Origin: Candidatus Helarchaeota archaeon
GTDB lineage: Archaea; Asgardarchaeota; Lokiarchaeia; Helarchaeales; RDOG01
Direction: 5' to 3'
Assembly: GCA_019058315.1 (NCBI GenBank)
Contig: JAHPZH010000008.1
Span: 128,001-192,000, forward strand
Length of the DNA stretch: 64,000 nt
This document shows positions 18,837 through 28,721 of the stretch, one piece after another. Below the pieces are notes generated by a model. The model did not search any database, was not told the origin of the DNA, and worked only from the letters and a program-made list of their open reading frames with translations. Positions within the stretch are counted from its first letter, which is position 1; each line of letters begins with the position of its first letter. A program made the position numbers and the translations under genes.

Positions 18837-20540
18837 TTACATAATTTTTTCTCTTACATATACAATTAATATAAAGCATATTACTGCTATTATGCCATAA
18901 AGACTTACCATTGTAAAAATCTGAGGGTAACCTGCATCAGTTGTTAGACCATAAAGAAAACCCATAGCGAAATATGCGCTAATTTCTAAAATAAATAAAT
19001 AATAAGGTTCTATGTATTTTTTATCACGCACTTTTTCTTGTTTTGTATAAATTTCAGTACCAATAATTTCTTCTAATCCTCTTCCTTTACTCTCAGGAGC
19101 TAACATATAAACAGCATAAAGAAGCACGGTTAAAATCATACCCATAAGAGCAAACATAAATTGATATGATAGACCTAATCCACCAGCTTTCTCTGCTCCA
19201 TACATCATAAAGAAAGGCGCTAATATCATAGCCCCTCTACTTATGGATCCCATCCAACCCATTGCGGTGCTTCGGACATGAGTTGGCATCATCTCTAAAG
19301 GAAGAATTGTGAGTCCGGCCATTGATAATATAAGGCTAAACGCACCTAAGGTTCCACCGGCAACAACAATACTTATAATAATTGGATTTGTTATATTTCC
19401 CTCCACAAAAACAGCAGGACAAGAAAACATCAAACCTCCAATGAAAGTAAGATAAGAGAAACGTCTTACACAAGCTATTCTACCCCATCGATCAAGTAGA
19501 GGTCCAGCCAGAAGGAATCCTATTCCACCAGCTCCTGCTACAGGTAAAGCCGCCAAACCTATTAATTCTGGAGACATATTCAATTCTTGGCGGAAATATA
19601 TTCCAAAAAAGGTAAGTTGAGCAAAATTTATCAAATTTCCGCAAAAACCTCCCACACAACCTAAAATCATTCCACGAGCATATTGTTTTTTTAAAGGAGC
19701 GAACCAGCCAGTTTTAGGTTTTAGACCTTTTTTCTTTCGCCAATCCTCGTATTTCTTCATAGCAGTAAATCGTTTGGTTTCTTTTAAAAGGAAGAATAAA
19801 GGGATAAAGAAAATATATCCTACAATAGTAAAGAAAAACAAACTCTGCCAAGTTGTCATATAATTACCCCAAGGTCCAGGAATAGCTGCTCTAATTCCTA
19901 ACATTTGAATTGTTGCACATGCTATTCCCCCTATTGCATTTGTCGCAAGGACTATGCCAATCAAACGTCCTCTTAGATGATCGGGAGCTTCTTCTGCCAT
20001 AATAATTGTAACAATATCTGCTGAAAGAAAATAATTTGAAAAAATTCGCATAATAACAAAATAAATCAAGCCATCCGGACCAGGAGGAGAAAATGCCGTT
20101 AAAACTGTAAATGTAGTAAAACCTATAGCGGTAATAAGTGTCATAGGACGACGTCCATATTTATCAACTAAATATTTAAATGAAATTGCAGCAATCACAC
20201 CTATTCCAGCAAAACTTAAAACGACCCCCATAATTAGAGGGCTAGCAGAAAGTCCGAAATAGCTAAACAAGTCTTGATCCAACAATTGGTTAAAGAAATT
20301 AGAAAAATCCTGTCCTTCAAAACTTGACATAGCCAAAGTGATCGCAATTGTGCACCAGCCATCGAAGAACGTCACAATCCCAGCAAATATGATAACGAAA
20401 TAGAGATATTTATTCATTTTTGTAGGAAAACCTTCTTCTGATCTTCTTTTTTCTCTAATTCTCTTGCGTTCTTCCTTTGGAAGCTTTTTGAATGTCTCAA
20501 GGTCTGTGTTTTGTTCTATTTCTTTATCTTTTTTTAGCAG
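18837..20540 (-). CDS. MFS transporter with extra C-terminal TM helices
   Basis: Motif A (LVDKYGRR; LLDRWGR), EEAPDHLRG, EMMPTHVRSTAMG, PESKGRGLEEI. The ORF track gives ATG 20417; the frame extends to CTG 20540 behind a GAGGGAG SD. Confidence 0.88.
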   Translation of the reverse strand: MLKKDKEIEQNTDLETFKKLPKEERKRIREKRRSEEGFPTKMNKYLYFVIIFAGIVTFFDGWCTIAITLAMSSFEGQDFSNFFNQLLDQDLFSYFGLSASPLIMGVVLSFAGIGVIAAISFKYLVDKYGRRPMTLITAIGFTTFTVLTAFSPPGPDGLIYFVIMRIFSNYFLSADIVTIIMAEEAPDHLRGRLIGIVLATNAIGGIACATIQMLGIRAAIPGPWGNYMTTWQSLFFFTIVGYIFFIPLFFLLKETKRFTAMKKYEDWRKKKGLKPKTGWFAPLKKQYARGMILGCVGGFCGNLINFAQLTFFGIYFRQELNMSPELIGLAALPVAGAGGIGFLLAGPLLDRWGRIACVRRFSYLTFIGGLMFSCPAVFVEGNITNPIIISIVVAGGTLGAFSLILSMAGLTILPLEMMPTHVRSTAMGWMGSISRGAMILAPFFMMYGAEKAGGLGLSYQFMFALMGMILTVLLYAVYMLAPESKGRGLEEIIGTEIYTKQEKVRDKKYIEPYYLFILEISAYFAMGFLYGLTTDAGYPQIFTMVSLYGIIAVICFILIVYVREKIM

Positions 20541-20675
20541 ATTTGCTCCCTCATAATTTTTTATAAAATAATTAAATGATTAGTAAATTAAAGAGTTTTT
20601 AAAATCATTTGATTATAGGAATTAATTAATTATTTTATTGAAATCTTCTTTATAGGAGAATTTTAAAAAAATAGA

Positions 20676-21200
20676 ATGAAATCATGGAAATATATAAAGA
20701 GCACATATAAAATGGATAATAACCTAAAAAATTTCAGAGATTCCTTTTCTAACCTTGAGAAGGCTATCCAAACTAAGCATATACTTGAGATTATTAAAGA
20801 TTTTGAATTTCTACTTGAAAAAATAATCTTAAATGAAAAAATTTCTTGCGAAACTGATTGTTTAATAGATATTACTATGTCATCAGAAACCAATCCTGAA
20901 AAAATTCGAGTAAATCTTGTAATTCCTGATAAAAAGAATCCTCAAATTCTTATTTTTATAAAATTTATAATCGACTATCCAGAAGTCTTGATGAATTATA
21001 TGATTGAAGTTACGATGATAAGAGAACATTTTGGAAATGATATTAAAATAGTTTATATTTTACATGATACTAATCAAAAATTTTTTGAAGAACCTATTTA
21101 TCAGACCCTTATTAAGAATATGATAGAACAAAATCAACTTAATGAGCTATTATTTCTACCCAAAGAGTTTAATAAATTTTTAGATATTATAAAATCCTAG
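20676..21200 (+). CDS. Hypothetical protein
   Basis: 174-aa ORF filling the gap; weak resemblance to a degenerate PD-(D/E)XK fold. Confidence 0.55.
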   Translation: MKSWKYIKSTYKMDNNLKNFRDSFSNLEKAIQTKHILEIIKDFEFLLEKIILNEKISCETDCLIDITMSSETNPEKIRVNLVIPDKKNPQILIFIKFIIDYPEVLMNYMIEVTMIREHFGNDIKIVYILHDTNQKFFEEPIYQTLIKNMIEQNQLNELLFLPKEFNKFLDIIKS

Positions 21201-21316
21201 TTTTATCCAAGTTTTTTTTCAATAAATTTCAAAAATAATGTTAAAAATATTTTTTATAACAATAATCTCAATATAATAAAATAGCTAAAACTAAATATTA
21301 TAAAAGGAGACAAATT

Positions 21317-22366
21317 ATGTACGTCGGAAAATTAAGAGCTCAATTGATCTTTACAATTTTTATCATGTTTCTATTGCCTTTCATTTTTGTATTCGCTCTA
21401 TTTTATATAAATTCAGAAATTTACGATGTTACATATAAAACCCAAGATTATCTCATTATATTTGGAATAGCAGGGGCTTTTGCTGGTTTTCAGCTTCTTC
21501 TCTTATATTTCATAGGACCAGCTTCTATTGAACGGCATTACGGGGGACAGATTCAATGGATTAGTAGTGATTATGACTCCCGGTTATGGGAGATGATACA
21601 GGTTAGAGCGAAAGAGGCAGGAGTAGGTTTAACAAAAATTGGAGTCCTTCAAACTGACGAAATTAACGCATTTGTTTACGGTTATGGAAAGAAAAAAGGG
21701 AGATTAGTATTAACACAAGGATTATTGAAACATTTAGATTTCGATGAAGTGGAAGGTGTAGTAGGACATGAGCTCGGACATGTTAGACATAGAGATATGT
21801 CAATTACATTAATGCTTATTGCAGTACCTCTATTAATTTCAAGCCTCTATAGATTTTCATTCTATACAAGTGGTCGTGGAAGAAGGGACAGAAACAATAC
21901 TTGGCTCATCATAGTCATTATAATTTTGTTTTTTGCAACCTATTTTGCTTCAATTTTATTAATGAGATATGTTAGCCGTATCCGAGAGTATTATGCAGAT
22001 GCTCATTCTGTAGAATTATTAAAGGATCCACGACCCATAGTGCAAGGGCTAGCAAAATTGACATATAAAAATGCTATTACTGAAGATACAATCATTAAAA
22101 CTCGAACCAATACCCATGCGTTAATGATTGTTAGTCCTATGGCATCAGCACATCAAGCCGATGAAGCACGAAAAACAATAGCAGAAGTCAAGGTTGATTT
22201 AGATAAATACGGTGATGTCGGAGGAGCAGATATAGATGAGGAGAAATTGGAGGACGCAATGGAGAAAGAGCTGAAAGGTGGAGAAAGTATAATGAGAACC
22301 CATCCATTAACAGCTAAAAGAATTTTAGGAGCTTTAAAATACGCTGAAGAATTGAAATTAATTTAA
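21317..22366 (+). CDS. htpX: HtpX / M48 family membrane zinc metalloprotease
   Basis: INAFVYG, LTQGLL, VVGHELGHVRHRD, SRIREYYAD, RTHP...RI. Confidence 0.92.
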   Translation: MYVGKLRAQLIFTIFIMFLLPFIFVFALFYINSEIYDVTYKTQDYLIIFGIAGAFAGFQLLLLYFIGPASIERHYGGQIQWISSDYDSRLWEMIQVRAKEAGVGLTKIGVLQTDEINAFVYGYGKKKGRLVLTQGLLKHLDFDEVEGVVGHELGHVRHRDMSITLMLIAVPLLISSLYRFSFYTSGRGRRDRNNTWLIIVIIILFFATYFASILLMRYVSRIREYYADAHSVELLKDPRPIVQGLAKLTYKNAITEDTIIKTRTNTHALMIVSPMASAHQADEARKTIAEVKVDLDKYGDVGGADIDEEKLEDAMEKELKGGESIMRTHPLTAKRILGALKYAEELKLI

Positions 22367-22368
22367 CA

Positions 22369-22390
22369 TTTTTTTTGATTTTTTTATTTT
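22369..22390 (+). terminator. Oligo-T archaeal terminator candidate
   Basis: T8-GA-T7-A-T4 immediately after the htpX stop. Confidence 0.45.
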
Positions 22391-22465
22391 ATCCAAAAAT
22401 ATTTTATTTAAACAAGTTAAAATTACATCTAATATTACATAAATCGCGACTGGACTAAGGAGAAA

Positions 22466-23893
22466 TTGAGTAACAGGGATGAAAAAAAACTAATCTTGAA
22501 AGATTTAGAAGATCAAATAGATAATCTAAGGGGAAAGATTAGAGAAAATATTATCAAGAATGAAGAACAAATCAAGGTAATAAACGAAATTGATAAAAAT
22601 ATTGATACAATGAAATCTGAAGTTTTCAAATTATCGGAAAAAGAAGAAGATCAGGCAAAAATAATAGATTCTAAAATAAAGGAATATGATTACTTATTGG
22701 GTCAAAAAATTGATGAAAATGAGAAACTAAATTCAACAGTAAATGAATTACAAAATAATATAGATACAAAAGATAAAGAAATCAAGGCATTGGAAAGTGA
22801 AATTAGTCTAATGAAAGAAGAATTTTCTAAAGAAATGAATAGAGTAATTACTGATAAAGATGATTTATTATCTAAAGCCAAGCTTGTTTATCAAAGCACA
22901 GAAAAAGACAAAAGAAATGCAATTCGTCAATTAGAATTAAAATACGAAGAAATTAGGAATAATTATGAATCAGAAATTAAGAATCAGGAAAAAGATTGGA
23001 AAGAAAAATTACAAGTGCAAAAAAAATCATATGAAAAGAGATTAGGGGAAAAAGAAGACTTCATAAAGAAAAAAACTAAAGTGTATGAGGATATCATTAA
23101 AGATAGAGAATCTAAGATTTCAAAATTTCAGAAAAAAGGAGAAAAAATCGAATCTACAATTGCTGATACTAAGCAGGGGTATGATATCACAGAAAAAAAT
23201 GATTTAGAGATTTCAAAACTAGAGGAAGAAATTTCAAATCTTAAAACCACCTTAATAAAAGACGCAAAAGTTTATGAAGACATTATTAAAATGAAAGACT
23301 CTGAAATCTCAACCTTAATAGAGCAACTTCAAACTGCCCAAGCAACTTCTTCAATTGATGTTAAAGTCTATGAGGAAGAAATTGAAAATAAGGATTCAGA
23401 GCTTTCGAAAATGAGACTTCAGCTTCAAAATATCCAAATTAAATCAGAAAATGATTCAAAATTCTATGAAGATGTTATAAAAAATAAAGATTATGAAATC
23501 TCAAAGCTGAAGTCGCAACTTCAAGACATTCAAGTAAGCATATCAAATTCAAAAGCCTATGAAGATACAATTAGCAATAAAGAATCAGAGATCTCCAATT
23601 TAAAAGAACAACTTCATAAAAATCAAGCAACTTCAGAGAATAAAACTAACGAGTATTTGAATAAAATTAAAAATAAAGATTCTGAGATCTCCAAATTAAA
23701 AGAAAAAAGTCAAAATATGCAAAAAATCTCAGAAAATGATAAAAAAGTGTTTGAGGAGACTCTTAACGATAAAGATTTAGAGATATCAAAATTAAAAGAA
23801 GAACTTGAAAAAGTTAAAACCACACTAGAGGAAAAACCTAAAAAGATTAAAAAGAAGAAAAAGAAGAAAAAAGGAAAAAGAAAGAAAAAATAA
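22466..23893 (+). CDS. Long coiled-coil protein with 32-aa repeats and a poly-Lys tail
   Basis: K/E-rich heptads along the whole length; ends KPKKIKKKKKKKKGKRKKK. AAGGAG SD before TTG. Confidence 0.85.
   Translation: MSNRDEKKLILKDLEDQIDNLRGKIRENIIKNEEQIKVINEIDKNIDTMKSEVFKLSEKEEDQAKIIDSKIKEYDYLLGQKIDENEKLNSTVNELQNNIDTKDKEIKALESEISLMKEEFSKEMNRVITDKDDLLSKAKLVYQSTEKDKRNAIRQLELKYEEIRNNYESEIKNQEKDWKEKLQVQKKSYEKRLGEKEDFIKKKTKVYEDIIKDRESKISKFQKKGEKIESTIADTKQGYDITEKNDLEISKLEEEISNLKTTLIKDAKVYEDIIKMKDSEISTLIEQLQTAQATSSIDVKVYEEEIENKDSELSKMRLQLQNIQIKSENDSKFYEDVIKNKDYEISKLKSQLQDIQVSISNSKAYEDTISNKESEISNLKEQLHKNQATSENKTNEYLNKIKNKDSEISKLKEKSQNMQKISENDKKVFEETLNDKDLEISKLKEELEKVKTTLEEKPKKIKKKKKKKKGKRKKK
23267..23839 (+). 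repeat. Six tandem ~96-bp (32-aa) intragenic repeats
   Basis: Consensus KxYEdxIxxKDsEISkLkxqLqxxqxxsend; units of 32,32,31,32,32,32 aa. Confidence 0.8.
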
Positions 23894-23985
23894 ATTACAG
23901 ATAAAATTTCTGCATTCTAAATTGTCAATAGTGTTTTTCATTTAAATTTAATAAAATTTTTAAATTCCATTAAAAAATCCTATAT

Positions 23986-25083
23986 ATGGAATTGAATGAA
24001 AAAACTCCGAAACCAATAGTTAGAATTAAAGCTATGGATACTGCAAGAGGTATCGCGACTTGGTTATTGATGCCGGCACATTTTTCTCACTGGTATCTAA
24101 AAATTATCCCTAATCCTAGCTGGATGCAATATCTTTTTCGTTCAATTTTAGGTACAGCTTTTCAATATGTCTTTGTTACATTACCTGGAATGGCTGTAAC
24201 ATTGCAGTTATATATTAGTAGAAATAGAGGAATTGATGAAAACCAATTAAAGGTTTCCATAATAAAAAGAGGATTGATATTAATTATCATACAATTTATA
24301 TGTAATTTCTTCTCATATCAACCATTTTTTACTTTTAATTGGTTTATACTATCTTTTATAGGTTTATCGATAATACTTTCTTACTTCTTTACAGGTACTT
24401 CTGAAAAATTAAGGATTATTCTTATTTTAATAATTATAATTTTATCACCAATTTTGAAATTTATTTTCTGGAATTTCTATGTATTAACAGCTTTTCTATC
24501 AAATGCATGGTCTATTGAGATTTTTCTTAATAAAATGTGTTTTGAAGTAAATTTTCCCTTATTTCCATATCTTGCATTACCTATTTTTGGAACTTTATTT
24601 GCAGAAAAAATGATTAAAGCCATAGAAAGTGAGAATCAGATGAAGTTCATAAAAAATTCATTGATTATAGGTGGAATATTAATTATGTTTTATATATTTA
24701 CACTTAATTTTGATTATATTCTAAATTTTCCACATATTGCCTTTTATAGCTTACCTACTCGCCAGGAAGTACTTTATTCCTTTGGAGTAGTTATGGTTGT
24801 TATAGCTTTATTATTTTGGATTCAGGATATTAAGGGAAAGAATTGGAAAATATTTAGACCTTTTGAAATTTATGGGGCTATATCTTTGACTGTATTTGTG
24901 ACACATTTTTATTTATTTCCTCCTCTTTTAGAATTATTGTACGATCCATTACAAAACTTAAGTGAATTTACTGTTTTTCAAATTTGCTCATTTTTTTGGG
25001 CAATATATTGGATCTATGGCGTAATTTGGCGCAGACATCAAAGAAAATATAGTCTAGAATGGGTGCTAAGACGGTTATCATAA
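23986..25083 (+). CDS. HGSNAT/DUF1624-like multi-pass membrane acyltransferase, paralog 1
   Basis: RIKAMDTARGIA...H, KRGL, FPLFPY, GAISLTVFVTH, SLEWVLRRL. Confidence 0.75.
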   Translation: MELNEKTPKPIVRIKAMDTARGIATWLLMPAHFSHWYLKIIPNPSWMQYLFRSILGTAFQYVFVTLPGMAVTLQLYISRNRGIDENQLKVSIIKRGLILIIIQFICNFFSYQPFFTFNWFILSFIGLSIILSYFFTGTSEKLRIILILIIIILSPILKFIFWNFYVLTAFLSNAWSIEIFLNKMCFEVNFPLFPYLALPIFGTLFAEKMIKAIESENQMKFIKNSLIIGGILIMFYIFTLNFDYILNFPHIAFYSLPTRQEVLYSFGVVMVVIALLFWIQDIKGKNWKIFRPFEIYGAISLTVFVTHFYLFPPLLELLYDPLQNLSEFTVFQICSFFWAIYWIYGVIWRRHQRKYSLEWVLRRLS

Positions 25084-25157
25084 GTTAAATTCTAAAAAAA
25101 ATAAATATTAGATAATTTAATTTTAATGGATTCTGATAATAAATTTCAAAGATCTAT

Positions 25158-26315
25158 TTGGTTATTTTCTTGAGTACAAAGGCAAATCAATTTAAAACTG
25201 AAAAAAAAGGAGTTTCCACTAATAGAGTAAAAGCTCTAGATACAGCAAGAGGTTATGCTACAATTATGATGGTAATAGGTCATTATATTCAATGGTACTT
25301 GAAATCTATTATCCCAGCGTCATTTATACAAAACATTTCTTCTCCATCAATTATTCATTATATTTTTGTTCCATTGCTAGGTATTTCAGCGCAAAATCTC
25401 TTTGTAACAATACCGGCCATGGGGGTCATCTTCCAGCGAAATTTGTATAAACAAAGAAATATGGATGAGAATTTATTAAGAAAATCGGTATTGAAAAGAG
25501 GGTTATTGTTAATTTTAGTACAATTTTTTTGTAATGTTATTTTTTCAGATCCTGGATATACTTGGGCTTGGTTTATTCTTTCTTTTATTGGAGTATCAAT
25601 AATAGTTGTGTATTTTATCTCGAAATATTCACCTTACATAAGAATCATAATTGTAATCGCTATTATTATGTTATCTCCATTTCTGAAATATTATTTCTTT
25701 TCGGCGTTTCTTTCATTATTTTTTTATAAAAATGCATGGTCTATTGAAATATTTATTTATAAAATGACTTTACAAGTGGTTTTTCCTATATTTCCTAGTA
25801 TAGTTTATCCGATAATTGGAACAATTTATGCAGAAAAAATAATTGAAGCAAAAGAAAATAATACCCAATTTGAATTAGTTAGAAACTCGTTAATATGTGG
25901 AATTATTCTAATTTCAGCATTTTTCTTATTAGGAAATATTTATGCATTAGTGAATTATCCAGATTTTTGGCTCAATTTGCCATCAAGAGTCGACGTATTA
26001 TATGTTTTTGGAACTAATTTGGTTATCTTATCCATTTTCTATTGGATCCAAGATTGGCAGGAAAAGTCTTTGAAGATTTTTGAGCCATTTAGAGTATTTG
26101 GAGCAATTTCCCTTACTGTATTTATAACACACTTTTATTTATTTCCGATATTTTTTGAACGAATTTTATACAAAGGAGCACGTCAAAGTACAGATTTATA
26201 CACAATTATGCAATTTTCATTAGCATTGATTATTTTATATTATATTTATGGGCTTTATATATTACGAAATGACAGAAAATATAGTGTTGAATGGTTATTA
26301 AGACGTTTTATTTAG
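25158..26315 (+). CDS. HGSNAT/DUF1624-like multi-pass membrane acyltransferase, paralog 2
   Basis: RVKALDTARGYA..MVIGH, KRGL, FPIFP, GAISLTVFITH, SVEWLLRRF. Tandem duplicate of the previous gene. Confidence 0.75.
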   Translation: MVIFLSTKANQFKTEKKGVSTNRVKALDTARGYATIMMVIGHYIQWYLKSIIPASFIQNISSPSIIHYIFVPLLGISAQNLFVTIPAMGVIFQRNLYKQRNMDENLLRKSVLKRGLLLILVQFFCNVIFSDPGYTWAWFILSFIGVSIIVVYFISKYSPYIRIIIVIAIIMLSPFLKYYFFSAFLSLFFYKNAWSIEIFIYKMTLQVVFPIFPSIVYPIIGTIYAEKIIEAKENNTQFELVRNSLICGIILISAFFLLGNIYALVNYPDFWLNLPSRVDVLYVFGTNLVILSIFYWIQDWQEKSLKIFEPFRVFGAISLTVFITHFYLFPIFFERILYKGARQSTDLYTIMQFSLALIILYYIYGLYILRNDRKYSVEWLLRRFI

Positions 26316-26553
26316 ATACCACAATTTAAAATTTGATAAAATATTTAGAGTATGTATCGAATTTCATTATTAAGTATTTTTTCCTTATTTTGATTCTTTA
26401 AAAGTAAATTAACTATGAATTTAAATTATAAGTAATTAAACAATTCTAAAAAATAATATTTTTAAATCAAGTTAATGTAATTAATTTAAAATTCTCAAAA
26501 ATTTGAAATTTACAATCAGAACTAATCTTAAGTAAAAACGGAGAGTTTAAACT

Positions 26554-27270
26554 TTGAGTTCTCAAGTAAAAAATATAATCCAAAATGCTCTGAAAGAAGG
26601 AAGAACAGCTTTAATGGAGCATGAATCTAGAGATATTATTCAAGCTTATGGTATTGAAATAGGAAAATATAAAATTGTTAATAGTCCCGATGAGGCTGTC
26701 GCTGCTGCCAAAAATATTGGCTATCCTGTAGTCTGTAAGATTGCTAGTCCAGATATCATACACAAAACAGATGCTGGTGGCATTAAACTAAATTTAAAAA
26801 CTGATGATGAAGTTAAAAATGCTTACAATGAAATTTTACAGAATGCTAAAAAATATAAAGCAGATGCAAAAATTATTGGAATTAACGTTCAAAAAATGAC
26901 TGAAAAAGGAATAACTGAAGTTATTATTGGTATGACAACAGACCCACAGTTTGGACCAGCATTAATGTTCGGTTTAGGTGGTATTTTTGTTGAAATTTAC
27001 AAAGATGTTAGTTTCAGAGTTTGTCCCATTACAGAGTATGATGCTAACGAAATGATAAAAGATATAAAGGCGTTTCCATTATTAGATGGATTTCGCGGAG
27101 CACCTAAAGCAGATATTAAATTTTTAGTCGATGCTTTGATGAAAATTTGTAAGTTATCCCTTGAAGTTCCAGAAATAGACCAAATAGATCTGAATCCTAT
27201 TATTGCATTACCAAAAGGCGCAGCGGTAGTAGATGCACGTATTATTTTAAAAGAGCCTAAAAAAGAATAA
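26554..27270 (+). CDS. acdB: ADP-forming acetate/acyl-CoA ligase beta subunit (ATP-grasp)
   Basis: GYPVVCKIASPDIIHKTDAGG, DPQFGPALMFGLGGIFVE..KDV, DLNP..VVDARI. Confidence 0.92.
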   Translation: MSSQVKNIIQNALKEGRTALMEHESRDIIQAYGIEIGKYKIVNSPDEAVAAAKNIGYPVVCKIASPDIIHKTDAGGIKLNLKTDDEVKNAYNEILQNAKKYKADAKIIGINVQKMTEKGITEVIIGMTTDPQFGPALMFGLGGIFVEIYKDVSFRVCPITEYDANEMIKDIKAFPLLDGFRGAPKADIKFLVDALMKICKLSLEVPEIDQIDLNPIIALPKGAAVVDARIILKEPKKE

Positions 27271-27288
27271 ATTTTGGGAGATTAACAT

Positions 27289-27657
27289 TTGTCAGATGAT
27301 GATGAAAAAAAGGATCAAAAGCGAAAATTAGGATTAATTGAGGTAGAAACATTACCAAGTTTAATAGATATGGCAGCAAGAAGTATGCAACCTATTATAC
27401 AACATCTCCAATTCCTCGGGGAACATATATATTATCTTCAATTTGGGGGTATACCCGGATTTGGAACAACAATTTATTTCATTCGGCAAAAAGACCCAAT
27501 CACTCAAAAGTACATTGTATATAATAAAACTGAAGATAAAATTTTATTTACTGATAAGTTAGATCCTCGTGGAAACCTTATTTATCTGCCAATTATACAT
27601 ATAAAGAAACAAAATATTTTTTCAGAGAAAGAATTAAAAGAATTTATAGAAAAATAA
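27289..27657 (+). CDS. Hypothetical protein, probably co-transcribed with acdB
   Basis: GGGAG SD, 18 bp after acdB, 122 aa. Confidence 0.7.
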   Translation: MSDDDEKKDQKRKLGLIEVETLPSLIDMAARSMQPIIQHLQFLGEHIYYLQFGGIPGFGTTIYFIRQKDPITQKYIVYNKTEDKILFTDKLDPRGNLIYLPIIHIKKQNIFSEKELKEFIEK

Positions 27658-27873
27658 ACATTTTTCTACCTTTATTTACAAAATTCACTTAAATTTCGCT
27701 TTAAAATTCGAATATTTTGCTTTATTGTACAAAATTTACTTTATTATCTTAATTATTTTTATTTATCCTCAAAGTACTTTTCTTCTTATTAAATGGGCTT
27801 ACAAATTTTATATATCAAGACTTATTCATTAAATATATATTAAAAAAATAACGAATACGGATTGGTAAGAAAA

Positions 27874-28719
27874 ATGTCTGATAAAGATTTTCCAGACGAC
27901 TTATTTGACAAAGCTTTAGATGCACTAGATGAAACAAGTAAAGAACCTATAAAGACTGAAGGTATTAAGGCAATTCCAGAATTATTAGAAAGAGGTTATT
28001 ATGATAAAGCAGTCGATATAATGATTAAAATAATTGAAGATCCCGATCCTTATTCCATAAATGATAAAATTGCGGTAACAGATATTGCTCATCAAGTTGC
28101 TCAACAGGATGCTAATATAATTCGTCGTTTATTGCCTTATCTTTATGTAATTTATAATAAAACGGAAGCATATCTTACGAGAGCAGCTCCTGATCCTGTA
28201 TTAATCATGAATACAGCAAACGTTTTAACACATGCAAAATCAGTTTTATATGATGAAATTGCTCGACTGAAACAATTAATAATTGATGTAGCCAATCAGA
28301 TTTCAAACGAATATAAGACAAATAATATACCGTTAGGTGATGTTGCACCTCGAGTAGGATTATCGCTGGTTGTTGTGTTACTATTAGTAGATGAAATGTT
28401 ACTAAATAAAGAAGTCAGGGGGCATTATGATTCTGTTGGTGATATTTTAACATTAGAATCCGATAAAGCCAGATGTTATAATTGTGGTGCTGAATTTCCT
28501 AAAGACCTAGAGAAGTGTCCCTCTTGTGGTATTGAGTTTCCAAAGTGTGTTATATGCAGATTAATTATCCGGACAATACCAGTTACTTGCCCTAAATGCG
28601 GTAATAGTGCACATCGAGAACATATGCTTGAATGGCTGAAAATGAGTCACGATAAAAAGAAGGGTAAGGGCATGTGTCCTATCTGCCAAAACTATTTGGC
28701 TCCCGAAGATCTAAAATAA
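27874..28719 (+). CDS. Helical + PCI-like winged helix + Zn ribbon + RING-variant protein (putative E3 ligase)
   Basis: VAPRVGLS..LLVDEMLLNKEVRGHYDSVGDILTL; CYNC..CPSC; CVIC-x10-CPKC-x4-H-x2-H-x3-W..CPIC. ATG 27874 preferred over TTG 27862. Confidence 0.75.
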   Translation: MSDKDFPDDLFDKALDALDETSKEPIKTEGIKAIPELLERGYYDKAVDIMIKIIEDPDPYSINDKIAVTDIAHQVAQQDANIIRRLLPYLYVIYNKTEAYLTRAAPDPVLIMNTANVLTHAKSVLYDEIARLKQLIIDVANQISNEYKTNNIPLGDVAPRVGLSLVVVLLLVDEMLLNKEVRGHYDSVGDILTLESDKARCYNCGAEFPKDLEKCPSCGIEFPKCVICRLIIRTIPVTCPKCGNSAHREHMLEWLKMSHDKKKGKGMCPICQNYLAPEDLK

Positions 28720-28721
28720 CT

